Shown piece after piece: positions 38,434 to 49,086 of a stretch of 64,000 bases of DNA. The position numbers were made by a program, and so were the translations under genes. Below the pieces are notes generated by a model, which saw only the letters and a program-made list of their open reading frames with translations, searched no databases and was not told the origin of the DNA. Position 1 is the first letter of the stretch; every line of letters begins with the position of its first letter. Where the stretch lies: the sequence record LR745206.1; one strand, given 5' to 3'.

Positions 38434-39303
38434 TTAAGCTAATAGTATATCGAGAGCTAGGTTATATCTATTTAATAGATTTTGATCGAAAGATAGATAC
38501 GGATCCTCATCACTTACTATTGATATGACACCATTCTTGTGAACTTCTAGAAAGTATCGAACCTCACCAATTAATCTAGCATATAATTTATTTTCTAATA
38601 GATACTTTATATCTTGTGTATAGGTATCAATTTCTATTATCTGACCAATTAGATTATCTTTTGTGGTATCTAACTTATAGTTTATTTCCATAAAATCAGG
38701 TCTTTCGAATGTTTTTATAGAATATTCTCTACCATAACTTACTGGTATTTCTGTTTGTATAATTGATTGTGTTCCAACATTTATATTTTGTATAAGTTCA
38801 ACATTAGTTGGTTCTCCATCTACCCAATCAGATTTTGATATTTGGATTAGATATAAATTGGAGTTTATTATATTTAAGTTGATAATATCATTATCTCTTA
38901 CTAATGTAAATGATTGTGTATATCCAACAATATTTGAATAAGTTGTTGATAATGGTTGTGATAAATCTATTTGTAGAATATTTGGATTATCTGAATATAT
39001 ATCATATGAACTTTGGTAAACATTTTTAGCCTTATATAAACTTGATAACTTCTTTAAGAAAGGTGTTGTTGTTTGGAATAATATAGTGTTCCAAGTATTT
39101 TTCTTAACTATATCAACATTATCAATGTTAGATATCTCTATTTTATAATAATAAGAAAGAACTTGTTCGAATGATCCATAATCACCCTTTTGGATTATTT
39201 CATCAATATATTTATAGTACTCAAGTGTATTATCCTTACCCTTGACAGCAAGCTTATCTATTTGTTTATAGATTTTTTCTAATTTTCTACGATAAAGATT
39301 CAT
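38434..39303 (-). CDS. hypothetical, probably structural protein
   Basis: 289 aa; TAATATATA 4 nt upstream. Confidence 0.65.
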   Translation of the reverse strand: MNLYRRKLEKIYKQIDKLAVKGKDNTLEYYKYIDEIIQKGDYGSFEQVLSYYYKIEISNIDNVDIVKKNTWNTILFQTTTPFLKKLSSLYKAKNVYQSSYDIYSDNPNILQIDLSQPLSTTYSNIVGYTQSFTLVRDNDIINLNIINSNLYLIQISKSDWVDGEPTNVELIQNINVGTQSIIQTEIPVSYGREYSIKTFERPDFMEINYKLDTTKDNLIGQIIEIDTYTQDIKYLLENKLYARLIGEVRYFLEVHKNGVISIVSDEDPYLSFDQNLLNRYNLALDILLA

Positions 39304-39340
39304 GTCTTATATATTATCTTAACGATTCCACATATAGTGA

Positions 39341-39784
39341 TTAAACATCATATGGTGCCCAATCATCAGATTCTCCCTCTTCTGACTTTATACCACTATG
39401 TTTCATGTGACAAACAACATTTACATATGCTGTTGTTGAGAAATTCAATTCAAATTCAAATCCTATTATATATCCTAGAGCTTCTAATCTATTTTTTGAT
39501 TCTTCTAGAATTTTAAATATATCTAATTCTTCTTCTATCCTTTTAAGATTAGTATATCCATAGGCATCACCCTTATTTATGAAACCAAGTGATAAATCTT
39601 CGGTTAGACTCTTTTTTAATTCAAAAAAGTATTTACCATTATAGTGAGAAACACCACCATAGAATTTTATCTCATGTCCACTATCTATCAACTCTATGAA
39701 ATAATCTTTTACATCATCATTAGTAAGATACTCTGGTTTATCGGATTCGAAAAGTTTGAAATTCTTAAGCTGTTTCACCACCAA
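39341..39784 (-). CDS. tagged hypothetical protein
   Basis: KQLKNFKLFES; DVKDYFIELIDSG; KNRLEALGY. Confidence 0.65.
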   Translation of the reverse strand: MVVKQLKNFKLFESDKPEYLTNDDVKDYFIELIDSGHEIKFYGGVSHYNGKYFFELKKSLTEDLSLGFINKGDAYGYTNLKRIEEELDIFKILEESKNRLEALGYIIGFEFELNFSTTAYVNVVCHMKHSGIKSEEGESDDWAPYDV

Positions 39785-40880
39785 CTATCTTTTTTATTTG
39801 ATCAATTTGGTCTTTCTTAGTATCATCTTGTAAGATATCAGCAATATCTGCAACAGTTTTCATCTTCTCTGGATCATCCTTTATCTTACCTAGTGATTCT
39901 GCTGCTTTCTTAGCTTCTTCACTTTTATCACCAGACTTCATTAAAATATCAGATAGTGTTTTCTTAAATGGTTTACCCTCAGCATCTTCAAATCCAACTT
40001 CTTCTCCTGTTATTGATTTAATTTCCTTTATACCTATTTGTTCATTTTGAAGCTCTTTCATTTTACCTTCTTCTGGTTTCTTTTTCTCATCATCACTAAG
40101 ACTTTTCCACTCTTCTTCATTGAACTTATCTCTCTTATAAACAACAACATCACCAACTTTATATTCTTCTGTTGTAGTTTCTTCTTGTTTAATACCTTTT
40201 GAATCAAGATATGCTTTAATTTCCTCTGGTTTTATTTCCTTTATATATTTTAATATAGTAGGTATTAAGTTTTTACTTACCCAATTTGATGTAGATTCCT
40301 TCTTTTTCTTATTATCTTCACCAGACCCTTGTAAAATCTTTTTAAGATCAGGCAGGTGTGTCTTGTCAGTTAAATCCATCTTCTTAGCTTCTGGATTCAC
40401 CTTAGATTCTTCACCGACTTTCAAATCAGGACCACCAGCGAATTTATAATCTTTGATAGCTCTATTTCTAGCGGTTTCAAAATAAAATTTAATTGTTTCT
40501 AATTCTCTATTATCATTACCAAATACTTTCGATAATCCATCATATAATGGTTGTAATCCTTGTGATCCAAGAGCACCTGTTTGTGGATCCAATATATCAT
40601 CCACTAGTTTGAGACAATCTTCATTATTAGCTTCTGTCTTTTTCTTAAATTCTTCTAAAACACTTTTAAATAAATAAGTACCACTTGATGGGTTAAACAC
40701 ATTATTTTCAACCCAATTATCCAATTGTTCTGTTGTTGGTTTTTCCCCAAGTTTCTTTAATTCTTCGGTAGCTTTATTCCACATATTTTTAAAGAAATTA
40801 ATCAAACCACCTAATAATTCTTCATTAACTGGTTCCGTCTTTTTGTTTCTGAATGATTCAAATGTTCTTACGTATTTCAT
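39765..40880 (-). CDS. tagged hypothetical protein
   Basis: MKYVRTFESF...PVNEELLG; K/E-rich. Confidence 0.7.
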   Translation of the reverse strand: MKYVRTFESFRNKKTEPVNEELLGGLINFFKNMWNKATEELKKLGEKPTTEQLDNWVENNVFNPSSGTYLFKSVLEEFKKKTEANNEDCLKLVDDILDPQTGALGSQGLQPLYDGLSKVFGNDNRELETIKFYFETARNRAIKDYKFAGGPDLKVGEESKVNPEAKKMDLTDKTHLPDLKKILQGSGEDNKKKKESTSNWVSKNLIPTILKYIKEIKPEEIKAYLDSKGIKQEETTTEEYKVGDVVVYKRDKFNEEEWKSLSDDEKKKPEEGKMKELQNEQIGIKEIKSITGEEVGFEDAEGKPFKKTLSDILMKSGDKSEEAKKAAESLGKIKDDPEKMKTVADIADILQDDTKKDQIDQIKKIVGGETA

Positions 40881-40977
40881 ATTAAAAATTTATATTAAAG
40901 TATATATTAGTTTTATAAACTATAATTAAATTACATATATAAGAATTGTATAACTAAATTAAAAATAATTAATAGAA

Positions 40978-41454
40978 ATGGAAAAGATTAACGCATTAAA
41001 CCAAGTAGCGGAGTTTCATCAAACATTTGATGCTCCAATTTTAGATAAACCACAGATACCAGATGAACAAAGATGTCAACTTAGAGTAAATCTCTTACAA
41101 GAAGAATTGAATGAGTTATCACAAGCGATAAAAGATAATGATATAATTGAAATAGCTGATGCTCTTTGTGATTTACAATATGTTTTATCAGGAGCAGTTC
41201 TTGAATTCGGATTGGGTGATAAATTCGTAGAATTGTTTGATGAAGTTCAGAGAAGTAATATGTCAAAGGCATGTGATACAATGCAAGAAGCATTAGCAAC
41301 CTTATCACATTATAAACAAAGAGATGGAACAGAAGGAAATTACAAAAAAGTAAATGGTAAATGGGTCGTTTATAGAAATGAAGATAACAAAGTTCTTAAA
41401 TCTGTTAATTACTCACCAGCTGAATTAAAAAATATAATAGATGATGAAGATTAA
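40978..41454 (+). CDS. MazG-like / PRA-PH-type NTP pyrophosphohydrolase
   Basis: VAEFH, LLQEELNEL, IADALCDLQYV, VQRSNMSK, KVLKS. Confidence 0.85.
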   Translation: MEKINALNQVAEFHQTFDAPILDKPQIPDEQRCQLRVNLLQEELNELSQAIKDNDIIEIADALCDLQYVLSGAVLEFGLGDKFVELFDEVQRSNMSKACDTMQEALATLSHYKQRDGTEGNYKKVNGKWVVYRNEDNKVLKSVNYSPAELKNIIDDED

Positions 41455-41896
41455 TAAATTTAATGAACACAAAAATACTATGGTGGTATCAGCATTCCCT
41501 GGGTGTGGTAAATCACATCTATTTAGAAATAAAGGAGATAAGAAGATATTAGATAGTGATTCCTCAACTTTTGATAAATCACAATTCCCACAAAACTACA
41601 TCGAACACATAAAGTCAAATATTGGATTGGTTGATGTTATCTTAGTATCTTCTCATAAAGAGGTAAGAGATGCTCTTGTCGAAGAAGGTATAGAATTCAC
41701 ACTTGTTTATCCAGGTAGAGATATAAAAGATGAGTATATACAGAGATACATTGATCGAGGTAATGATGATAACTTTGTCAAATTATTAAAAAGCAACTGG
41801 GATATCTGGTTGAGTGAATTAGAAGATCAAACTGGGTGTAGTAAAATGGAGTTAAATTCCGGTCAATACTTATCTGATGTTTTAAATATAAATTAA
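41441..41896 (+). CDS. small P-loop NTPase/kinase
   Basis: AFPGCGKS Walker A; N-terminus MKINKFNE. Confidence 0.7.
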   Translation: MMKINKFNEHKNTMVVSAFPGCGKSHLFRNKGDKKILDSDSSTFDKSQFPQNYIEHIKSNIGLVDVILVSSHKEVRDALVEEGIEFTLVYPGRDIKDEYIQRYIDRGNDDNFVKLLKSNWDIWLSELEDQTGCSKMELNSGQYLSDVLNIN

Positions 41897-41899
41897 GAT

Positions 41900-42943
41900 A
41901 TGAAAACAATTTTAGTAACCGGAGGAGCTGGATATATTGGATCACATACAGTTGTGGAATTATTAGAAAAGAATTATGATGTTATCATAGTTGATAATTT
42001 TTCAAACTCCAATCCCATAATGATGAATAAATTACATCAACTAACCGGCAAATCAGTAAAGATATACACAAAAGATTGTCGAGAACAATTGGATGATATA
42101 CTTTCACATTATAAGATAGATGGTGTTATACACTTTGCGGCATATAAATCTGTCGGGGAATCTGTCGAGATACCTATTAATTATTATGACAATAACATCA
42201 ATTCACTTTTAAATATAATTGACGCTTGTAAAACATTCGATATAAAAAATATTGTATTTTCTTCTTCTTGTTCATTATATGGTAATGTTGATTCTTCCTC
42301 ATATAAATTTCCTGGTCAGATATTTGGACCAGTAAATGAGGATACTCCACTATCAGATCCACAATCACCATATGCCTTTACTAAATTGGTTGGTGAGAGA
42401 ATATTATCAGACTTTTGTAAAGTTAATAAAGATATAAATGGAATATCATTGAGATATTTTAACCCAGTTGGTGCTCACGAAAGTGGGTTGATTGGTGAGC
42501 TTCCACTAGATAAACCAAATAATATTATGCCTGTGTTGTGTAATTCTGTTGATGATGAAGAAATGATGGTCTTCGGTGAAGATTATGAGACTCGTGATGG
42601 ATCTTGTATAAGAGATTATGTACACGTTTCTGATATTGCATCAGCTCATGTCTTAGCACTTGAGTATATGATGAGTGGTCCGGATAAGAATTATGATGTT
42701 TTTAATTTGGGATCTGAATCAGGTGTTTCTGTTTTAGAATTAATAAAAACATTCGAAGAAGTTAATAATGTTAAAGTTAATTATAAAATAAGTGGTAGAA
42801 GAGAAGGAGATGTTGTTCAAATATATTCTGATTCAACAAAAGCCAAAAGCCTATTAGGGTGGGAACCTAAGTATGATATAAAAGATATGGTATCGAGTGC
42901 TTGGAAATGGCACAATAACAACAAAACTACTAATGTTATTTAA
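41900..42943 (+). CDS. galE: UDP-glucose 4-epimerase
   Basis: TGGAGYIGSHT, HFAAYKSVGES, YAFTK, LRYFNPVGAH, RDYVHV. Confidence 0.95.
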   Translation: MKTILVTGGAGYIGSHTVVELLEKNYDVIIVDNFSNSNPIMMNKLHQLTGKSVKIYTKDCREQLDDILSHYKIDGVIHFAAYKSVGESVEIPINYYDNNINSLLNIIDACKTFDIKNIVFSSSCSLYGNVDSSSYKFPGQIFGPVNEDTPLSDPQSPYAFTKLVGERILSDFCKVNKDINGISLRYFNPVGAHESGLIGELPLDKPNNIMPVLCNSVDDEEMMVFGEDYETRDGSCIRDYVHVSDIASAHVLALEYMMSGPDKNYDVFNLGSESGVSVLELIKTFEEVNNVKVNYKISGRREGDVVQIYSDSTKAKSLLGWEPKYDIKDMVSSAWKWHNNNKTTNVI

Positions 42944-43172
42944 TGAATTTGAATTAAAAGAAACTGATGAATGGTATAAAGATGACTTAATTATATACCG
43001 TGGATTAGGACAAGATAGTAATGATGACTTTGTTATTGAATTATATACACTTTGTGGTATTAATGATGTTGGGTTATCTGATAAAATTATATTTAGAGGT
43101 GAATATAATGAAATGGTTAACTTTATAAAAACCGAGTATAGAGATGATCAATTAATTAAGTTGTTAAACTAA
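42897..43172 (+). CDS. hypothetical protein with RxxK-like motif
   Basis: Ends YRDDQLIKLLN; true start probably downstream. Confidence 0.5.
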   Translation: MLGNGTITTKLLMLFNEFELKETDEWYKDDLIIYRGLGQDSNDDFVIELYTLCGINDVGLSDKIIFRGEYNEMVNFIKTEYRDDQLIKLLN

Positions 43173-43204
43173 AATATTTTAATTAACTTTGTGAAAAGAG
43201 TTGT

Positions 43205-43558
43205 ATGATATCAAATAAGACGAAGAAAAGAAGACAACATGAAAAAGAACTAAACTCACTTAGAAATAAGATGGGTAGTAATATCGTTTGGTTTGATTCA
43301 CTATCTAAAAAAGATAAGTTCGATATACTCTTCCAATGGAAGAAAGAAAAATATCAAAATAAATTAACAAAACCTGAAAAGGTTAATGTTAAACTATTCC
43401 TACCTTATGGGTTTAGTTCCAGAAGGTTCAAATGGGTGGAACAAACAAACTATCCACCAAATCTAAAACATTTCATCAATTTAGCAAAACTACGTTATAG
43501 ACCAAGTGTTGTTCGTGTAAGAGAGGCTGCTATTGATTTACTTTTAAAAAATAAATAA
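43205..43558 (+). CDS. basic hypothetical protein
   Basis: TAACTTTG 43184-43191; ends VREAAIDLLLK. Confidence 0.65.
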   Translation: MISNKTKKRRQHEKELNSLRNKMGSNIVWFDSLSKKDKFDILFQWKKEKYQNKLTKPEKVNVKLFLPYGFSSRRFKWVEQTNYPPNLKHFINLAKLRYRPSVVRVREAAIDLLLKNK

Positions 43559-43563
43559 ATTAT

Positions 43564-44502
43564 ATGAAAATTTTCAGCGGATCATCAAGTAAAAAACTAA
43601 CAAAACAGATATGTAATATACTCAGTAATGAGTTCGGATATGATGTAGAAATGGGTAGGTTAAAAATAGATAAGTTCTCCGATGGTGAGATACTACCACT
43701 ATTCGAGGAAACTGTCCGTGATGAGGATGTATTCTTTGTACAATCTACATTAACATCTGATTCTATTATGGAAACACTACTAACAATAGATGCTGCTAAA
43801 CGAGCAGGATGTAATTCATTTACTCTCGTTGCTCCTTTCCAAGGATATTCTAGACAAGATAAAACAGACCATCTTAGATCATCAATTGGATCTAAAATGT
43901 TGGCTGATATATTAGAAAAGGCTGGTATGTCTAGAATTATAACAATTGACTTACACGCATCGGCAATACAGGGATTTTATAATGTTCCTGTTATCCACCT
44001 AAATGGTAATAAAATATTCATAGAATATATCAGAGAACATCAAATTGATGATCTAACTATAATTGCTCCAGATCAAGGTGCGGTTAAAAGAGCATCTGAC
44101 TTCTGTAAAGCTTTTCCCGATGCAACTTTCGCTATGATTAATAAGAAAAGAATTAAACCAAATGAAATACATTCAATGGAATTGGTTGGTGAAGTAGAGG
44201 GAAGAAATGTTGTTATTGTTGATGATTTGATTGATACTGGTGGTACTTTGAAAAAAGCTGCTGAATTATTAATGGAGAAAGGAGCTAAGTCAGTTCGAGC
44301 AATTGCTACTCACGGTGTATTGAGTGGTAAAGCATATAAAAATATGGAATCATCTACATTAACAGAATTAATGGTTTCTGATTCGATCCAACAAACAGTT
44401 GAATCTGATAAAATAAGATATATTTCTTGTGATAAAATAATTGCAAAGGCTATTTGGTCTATTTCACAAAGAAAAAGTATTCATGAAATAAATGTGATAT
44501 AA
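43564..44502 (+). CDS. prs: ribose-phosphate pyrophosphokinase
   Basis: FSDGE, YSRQDK, DLH, APDQGAVKRA, VDDLIDTGGTL. Confidence 0.95.
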   Translation: MKIFSGSSSKKLTKQICNILSNEFGYDVEMGRLKIDKFSDGEILPLFEETVRDEDVFFVQSTLTSDSIMETLLTIDAAKRAGCNSFTLVAPFQGYSRQDKTDHLRSSIGSKMLADILEKAGMSRIITIDLHASAIQGFYNVPVIHLNGNKIFIEYIREHQIDDLTIIAPDQGAVKRASDFCKAFPDATFAMINKKRIKPNEIHSMELVGEVEGRNVVIVDDLIDTGGTLKKAAELLMEKGAKSVRAIATHGVLSGKAYKNMESSTLTELMVSDSIQQTVESDKIRYISCDKIIAKAIWSISQRKSIHEINVI

Positions 44503-45075
44503 ATGTCAAAGAGTAGAGAGGATATTAAGAGTTATATACGAGATTTAAATCTAAGTCTCATTATGAATGATCATAAAGTTGATACTGATATCTCAAAGAG
44601 AAAAGATAAATACCAATTTATGAAAAAAAATTATAAATTGATTAAGTATATAACTAAATCTGGTGGGGTATTAACTGGATCTAGAGCAATACGTTGTTAT
44701 TCGGTAGATGGGAAACAATTACTTGATAGACATTCAAAAGATTGGGATTTTATAATAACAAGAGAAATGGCTTTCAAGATATGTGAACACTTTGGTATGA
44801 AATATGATCTATCCAATTTCATTAGTGTTAAGAAACAAAGATGGACAGTTCATCCATCATATAGTGATTCTTATAGAATTGGTGCTGTTGATGTACAAAT
44901 GATGGTTAAGGATAAATTACCGGATTACAAAGAAATTGATGGTGTTAGAATATCAGATTTAACATATACATTGGCTCAAAAAACAAAAATGTTATTTGAT
45001 GCTAATGATTCCGATCAATTTGAAAAACACCAAGATGATTTATTACAAATAATAACAAAATTTAATAGTTTATGA
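44503..45075 (+). CDS. Pol-beta-superfamily nucleotidyltransferase-like protein
   Basis: LTGSRAI...KDWDFII, later VDV. Confidence 0.6.
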   Translation: MSKSREDIKSYIRDLNLSLIMNDHKVDTDISKRKDKYQFMKKNYKLIKYITKSGGVLTGSRAIRCYSVDGKQLLDRHSKDWDFIITREMAFKICEHFGMKYDLSNFISVKKQRWTVHPSYSDSYRIGAVDVQMMVKDKLPDYKEIDGVRISDLTYTLAQKTKMLFDANDSDQFEKHQDDLLQIITKFNSL

Positions 45076-45626
45076 TAGATTATGGTAGAATAGATAGATC
45101 AATAGAATTCTACGAATCTTATGGATTTAAAAGGATTGAATCCCCCTGGACAGTCACAAAGGAGGTATCTGGTATAACTAAACCACCAAATGGTACAGAT
45201 TGGGAAATACTTGGTAAAGATAAAGTTTTGGTCGCATCTGGTGAGCAAAGCTTTTTGTATTTATACTTAAAGGGATTTTTACCAAAAGGTAATTACCAAA
45301 CCGTGACACCATGTTTTAGAGAAGAGCCATTTGATAAAACACATACTAAATATTTTATTAAGAATGAATTGATAATAACAGAGAATGTTAGTGAGGATTC
45401 TCTGTTTTATGTTGCCGGTATTTGTAAACAATTTTATGAAAAAGAACTAGGAGTTAAAATTGACTTGATTAAAACTAATGAAGGTGTTGACTTGGAAATT
45501 AATGGTATTGAGATTGGATCTTATGGTATTAGAAGTTGTGAGTATCTTGATTGGATATATGCGACTGGATTAGCAGAGCCAAGATTTACATTTATTAAAA
45601 ATATGATTAAAAATGGGATATCATAA
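45072..45626 (+). CDS. class II aminoacyl-tRNA-synthetase-like catalytic core only
   Basis: ASGEQ, TPCFREE (motif 2), EIGSYG and GLAEPR (motif 3); 184 aa. Confidence 0.7.
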   Translation: MIDYGRIDRSIEFYESYGFKRIESPWTVTKEVSGITKPPNGTDWEILGKDKVLVASGEQSFLYLYLKGFLPKGNYQTVTPCFREEPFDKTHTKYFIKNELIITENVSEDSLFYVAGICKQFYEKELGVKIDLIKTNEGVDLEINGIEIGSYGIRSCEYLDWIYATGLAEPRFTFIKNMIKNGIS

Positions 45627-45867
45627 AACAGAAATACCAAGAGGTAAATTCGGAGAGTTTTCAAAGATTCGTGAAGAGTTTTTAGAAGCTGAGGATGCAA
45701 TTGAACAAGATAATAAAGTTATGTTACTTGTTGAATTATCAGATCTAATTGGTGCTATTGAGGGGTATTGTGAAAATAAACATAATATCACATTAAAAGA
45801 TTTATTAATAATGAAAGAAGCCACTAAAGGTGCATTTAATGATGGAACAAGAAGTCCTAGATCTTAA
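45613..45867 (+). CDS. small MazG-like protein
   Basis: KIREEFLEAEDA...VELSDLIGAI. Confidence 0.65.
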   Translation: MGYHKTEIPRGKFGEFSKIREEFLEAEDAIEQDNKVMLLVELSDLIGAIEGYCENKHNITLKDLLIMKEATKGAFNDGTRSPRS

Positions 45868-46258
45868 AATAAAATATTTTGACGAGGATAGATTAAAAAA
45901 AGATTTATCTGTGAAAAATAAAATACCTTATTGGCCATCACCTTATGATAGAAGTTGGGGAGCATATTTCACATCAAAGTTAGTTGAACGTGTTCTAATA
46001 ATAGACACAATTTATATAGATGGTAATCTATTCTATATTTTAGATGATGATATACTTTGGTTTGAAGCTATACCGACCTATAAGAATGGTGAATTTGAAT
46101 GGGTGCGTTCCGAGTACTCAAGTTTATACTCAATAAAGGATATGTTAAGAAGAGATAAATCATTTGGTTTAGAAGATCCATTTTATACTAAAAATGAATA
46201 TGAAAATCTTTTCATTATGTTAAATAGAAACGATAAATTAAAACAAATATTATCATGA
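45830..46258 (+). CDS. hypothetical protein with RxxK motif
   Basis: Ends NRNDKLKQILS. Confidence 0.55.
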   Translation: MHLMMEQEVLDLKIKYFDEDRLKKDLSVKNKIPYWPSPYDRSWGAYFTSKLVERVLIIDTIYIDGNLFYILDDDILWFEAIPTYKNGEFEWVRSEYSSLYSIKDMLRRDKSFGLEDPFYTKNEYENLFIMLNRNDKLKQILS

Positions 46259-47142
46259 AGATATTAGACGGTAAATTAGTAGCCAATGAGTTACTTAATG
46301 GTGTTAAAGAGAAAATAGATTATCACATAAGAAGCAAACATTTAGGTTATGAATTTACTAGACCAAGTATGGCTATTGTTATGGTTGGTAATAATCCAGC
46401 TAGTGAATCGTATATAAAAGGTAAGATAAAGGCTTGTGAGAAAGCTGGTATAAACCATAATCTAATTAGATTTGATGAATCAATATCCGGATATGATCTA
46501 TTTAATGAAGTTAGAAAACTTAACAAGTCTCATTTCGATGGATTTATAGTTCAACTACCATTACCATCACATATAGATGCTGATGGTATAATAAACGAGA
46601 TAAGTTCGGATAAAGATATTGATGGATTTCATCCACTAAATTTTGGTAAAATGGCACTTGGTCAAAAGGCTATGAGACCAGCAACACCATATGGTATTCT
46701 AAAACTATTACAACATTATCAAGTTGAAACAAGAGGTAAGCATGTTGTGGTTATAGGTCGGTCAAATATAGTCGGTAAACCTATTTCTATTATGTTAGGT
46801 AATGACTTTGATATTGGGCGAGCTACTGTTACCTCTTGTGATATAAACACACCCAAATCTCTCCTAATTGAAGAAACGAAGAAAGCTGATATTATAATTG
46901 TTGCTGTTGGTAAACCAAATTTATTAACATCTGATATGGTTAAAGAAGGTGTAGTTGTTATTGATGTTGGTATTAATAAACTGGAATCAGGTAAGTTAGT
47001 TGGGGATGTTGATTTCGAAAATGTTTCAAAGAAGTGTAGTTGGATATCTCCTGTTCCAGGTGGGGTTGGTCCAATGACTATTGCTGGGTTAATATTGAAT
47101 ACTTATGAAGCCTGGAAGACTAAAAACTTTATACATGAATAA
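46255..47142 (+). CDS. folD: methylene-THF dehydrogenase/cyclohydrolase
   Basis: VQLPLP, KDIDGFHP, PATPYG, GRSNIVGKP, PVPGGVGPMT. Confidence 0.95.
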   Translation: MKILDGKLVANELLNGVKEKIDYHIRSKHLGYEFTRPSMAIVMVGNNPASESYIKGKIKACEKAGINHNLIRFDESISGYDLFNEVRKLNKSHFDGFIVQLPLPSHIDADGIINEISSDKDIDGFHPLNFGKMALGQKAMRPATPYGILKLLQHYQVETRGKHVVVIGRSNIVGKPISIMLGNDFDIGRATVTSCDINTPKSLLIEETKKADIIIVAVGKPNLLTSDMVKEGVVVIDVGINKLESGKLVGDVDFENVSKKCSWISPVPGGVGPMTIAGLILNTYEAWKTKNFIHE

Positions 47143-47371
47143 ATGGGTTTGTAATACTAAAAATTTCGGACACTTCACCTATGGTAAAACATATGAAGGT
47201 GAGGTGTTTGGATCCTTACTTGATGTTAAAGATGATATAGGTCAGAATCCTATGCCATGTTTATATGGTACTGAATTGAGTATATCAACTATACCAACTA
47301 AAAGGATATATTACTTTATAACATTGGAGGAGTGGCGTGATAAACAATTAACTGAGATAATAAATGAATGA
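47135..47371 (+). CDS. hypothetical protein with RxxK motif
   Basis: Ends WRDKQLTEIINE. Confidence 0.55.
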   Translation: MNKWVCNTKNFGHFTYGKTYEGEVFGSLLDVKDDIGQNPMPCLYGTELSISTIPTKRIYYFITLEEWRDKQLTEIINE

Positions 47372-47672
47372 TCAAAATAAAAAAAATCAAAAAGTATTTT
47401 TTGATTTTCTATTAGAGACGCCAGAGATACTTAATCAGAGTTATGTTTCTATTGATTTAAGACCAAGTCTTGATAAGGGAAAAGGATTTGCTCCAAATGA
47501 TACACAAGCTCAATTAGATCTAATAAAAGAATGTCCTGATATATTTTCCTATATAAGAAGTGGATATATTATAGAAATTAGAGAAACAAGATATCTAACT
47601 ATACTCGTTGATGAATGGACATCAATTAAAAGGGATATTAAAATCTATCAATTAATAAATGATATAAAATAA
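47364..47672 (+). CDS. hypothetical protein with RxxK motif
   Basis: Ends KRDIKIYQLIND. Confidence 0.6.
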   Translation: MNDQNKKNQKVFFDFLLETPEILNQSYVSIDLRPSLDKGKGFAPNDTQAQLDLIKECPDIFSYIRSGYIIEIRETRYLTILVDEWTSIKRDIKIYQLINDIK

Positions 47673-47673
47673 T

Positions 47674-48372
47674 ATGTGGTTTAAGAAGAAAAATATAGAA
47701 AATAAAGAAAAATCTATAAGAGAGTTAAAAGAGAGACAAATTCAAGATACTTTACTTGGTTTTGCTTTAGAGGCTTATCAAAATAAGAATTTTTCTGTTG
47801 CTTTCAAAAGTGACTATGATAGAGAATCTATGGAGTTCATACCAAACCTTGTAGATGTTGGTAGGTATCATGATAAAGATAATACAAATCATGAACAAAT
47901 AATACTCAAACATTTAGAAAATGGACCTCTTGTAGTAATACATAAGAATCAATCAATATCTTGGGATTGGGGTAGTGGTGCGTATAAAACTGGTGGTCTT
48001 AACTTCAAAATTTATACAAGAAATGATGAAGGACACATTTTAGTTTATAGTTATAATAATGTATCATATGGTAGAAATTATTCCAACACTATGAATAAAT
48101 TTACCCTGTATAACAGGATATATGATGGATCACATTATGATAAACAATATGAAGTAGATTATGCTTTTGATAGAAGATGGAGTGATAAGAATATTGAAGT
48201 TGAAATAAACCGAATGAAGAATCTTGAAAAAATTGTTGAACTTATGGTTGATGAACAAACTATTGACCAAGAGGCTAGAAATTTAGATAGAATGGATAAG
48301 TTATTGGGTGTTATACCTAAACAAAGTAAGAGAGATAGAATATTAAAAGAGTTATTAAATGATCAGAAATAG
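47674..48372 (+). CDS. hypothetical protein with RxxK-like motif
   Basis: Ends KRDRILKELLND. Confidence 0.65.
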   Translation: MWFKKKNIENKEKSIRELKERQIQDTLLGFALEAYQNKNFSVAFKSDYDRESMEFIPNLVDVGRYHDKDNTNHEQIILKHLENGPLVVIHKNQSISWDWGSGAYKTGGLNFKIYTRNDEGHILVYSYNNVSYGRNYSNTMNKFTLYNRIYDGSHYDKQYEVDYAFDRRWSDKNIEVEINRMKNLEKIVELMVDEQTIDQEARNLDRMDKLLGVIPKQSKRDRILKELLNDQK

Positions 48373-48392
48373 AAAATTAAAAATGATATTAA

Positions 48393-48716
48393 ATGAAGTA
48401 TAAATTTAAATTTGAAATAGATTACTCAGGTATGAGTAAGGAAGATATGAGAGATGCTAAACTAAGTATATTAGATTCTGATGTTGAAATGATGGAATCA
48501 GAAGTTGATCCACAAATAAAATTACCTATACCAGAAGTTGGTAGTATTATATTGGTTGGTAATGAAGATTACGAAGTAACCAATATGAAATATAAAATAG
48601 ATGAAGATTACACCATTATATTTTGTCTTACATCAGTTAAAGTTAAAAAGGAAAGAAAAACAAAAAATAATAATGCTAAGTTAAGTAGAATGTCATCAAT
48701 GTTATCATCAATATAA
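48393..48716 (+). CDS. hypothetical protein
   Basis: 107-aa ORF. Confidence 0.6.
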   Translation: MKYKFKFEIDYSGMSKEDMRDAKLSILDSDVEMMESEVDPQIKLPIPEVGSIILVGNEDYEVTNMKYKIDEDYTIIFCLTSVKVKKERKTKNNNAKLSRMSSMLSSI

Positions 48717-48723
48717 AAAGTAT

Positions 48724-49086
48724 ATGAATACAAATACAAGATCTTACTTACATGGTTATGAGATATATTGGGATGAGGATAAATCACAATGGTTTTATGT
48801 TGATTCTGGTGAACCAGCAAATGATGTTCCTGTGGAATTAAAAAAGAGACCTTGTCCAAGTTGTAGAGAAATTATGCCAGAATCCGGACAAGATGCTTGT
48901 ATTCAGAATTTACCAAATACTAAATACGCTTGTTGTGGACATGGATTAAAATCTGATGATATTGGTTTCGAACAAGCATATATTATGTTGGATGATGATA
49001 CTATACATAGATTTGATACAACAGAAGAATTTTACAAATGGTTAGAAGATAACCTAAATTATAAAGCAAATAATAAACATATATGA
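48724..49086 (+). CDS. Cys-containing small protein
   Basis: RPCPSC...DACIQNLP...ACCGHG. Confidence 0.65.
   Translation: MNTNTRSYLHGYEIYWDEDKSQWFYVDSGEPANDVPVELKKRPCPSCREIMPESGQDACIQNLPNTKYACCGHGLKSDDIGFEQAYIMLDDDTIHRFDTTEEFYKWLEDNLNYKANNKHI

Noticed and set aside
43564-44502. NARP1-type Adps (NAD+ reconstitution) instead of Prs
   Set aside because: Motifs look like ordinary Prs and no Nampt/Namat partner is present in the window; cannot be fully excluded without a tree
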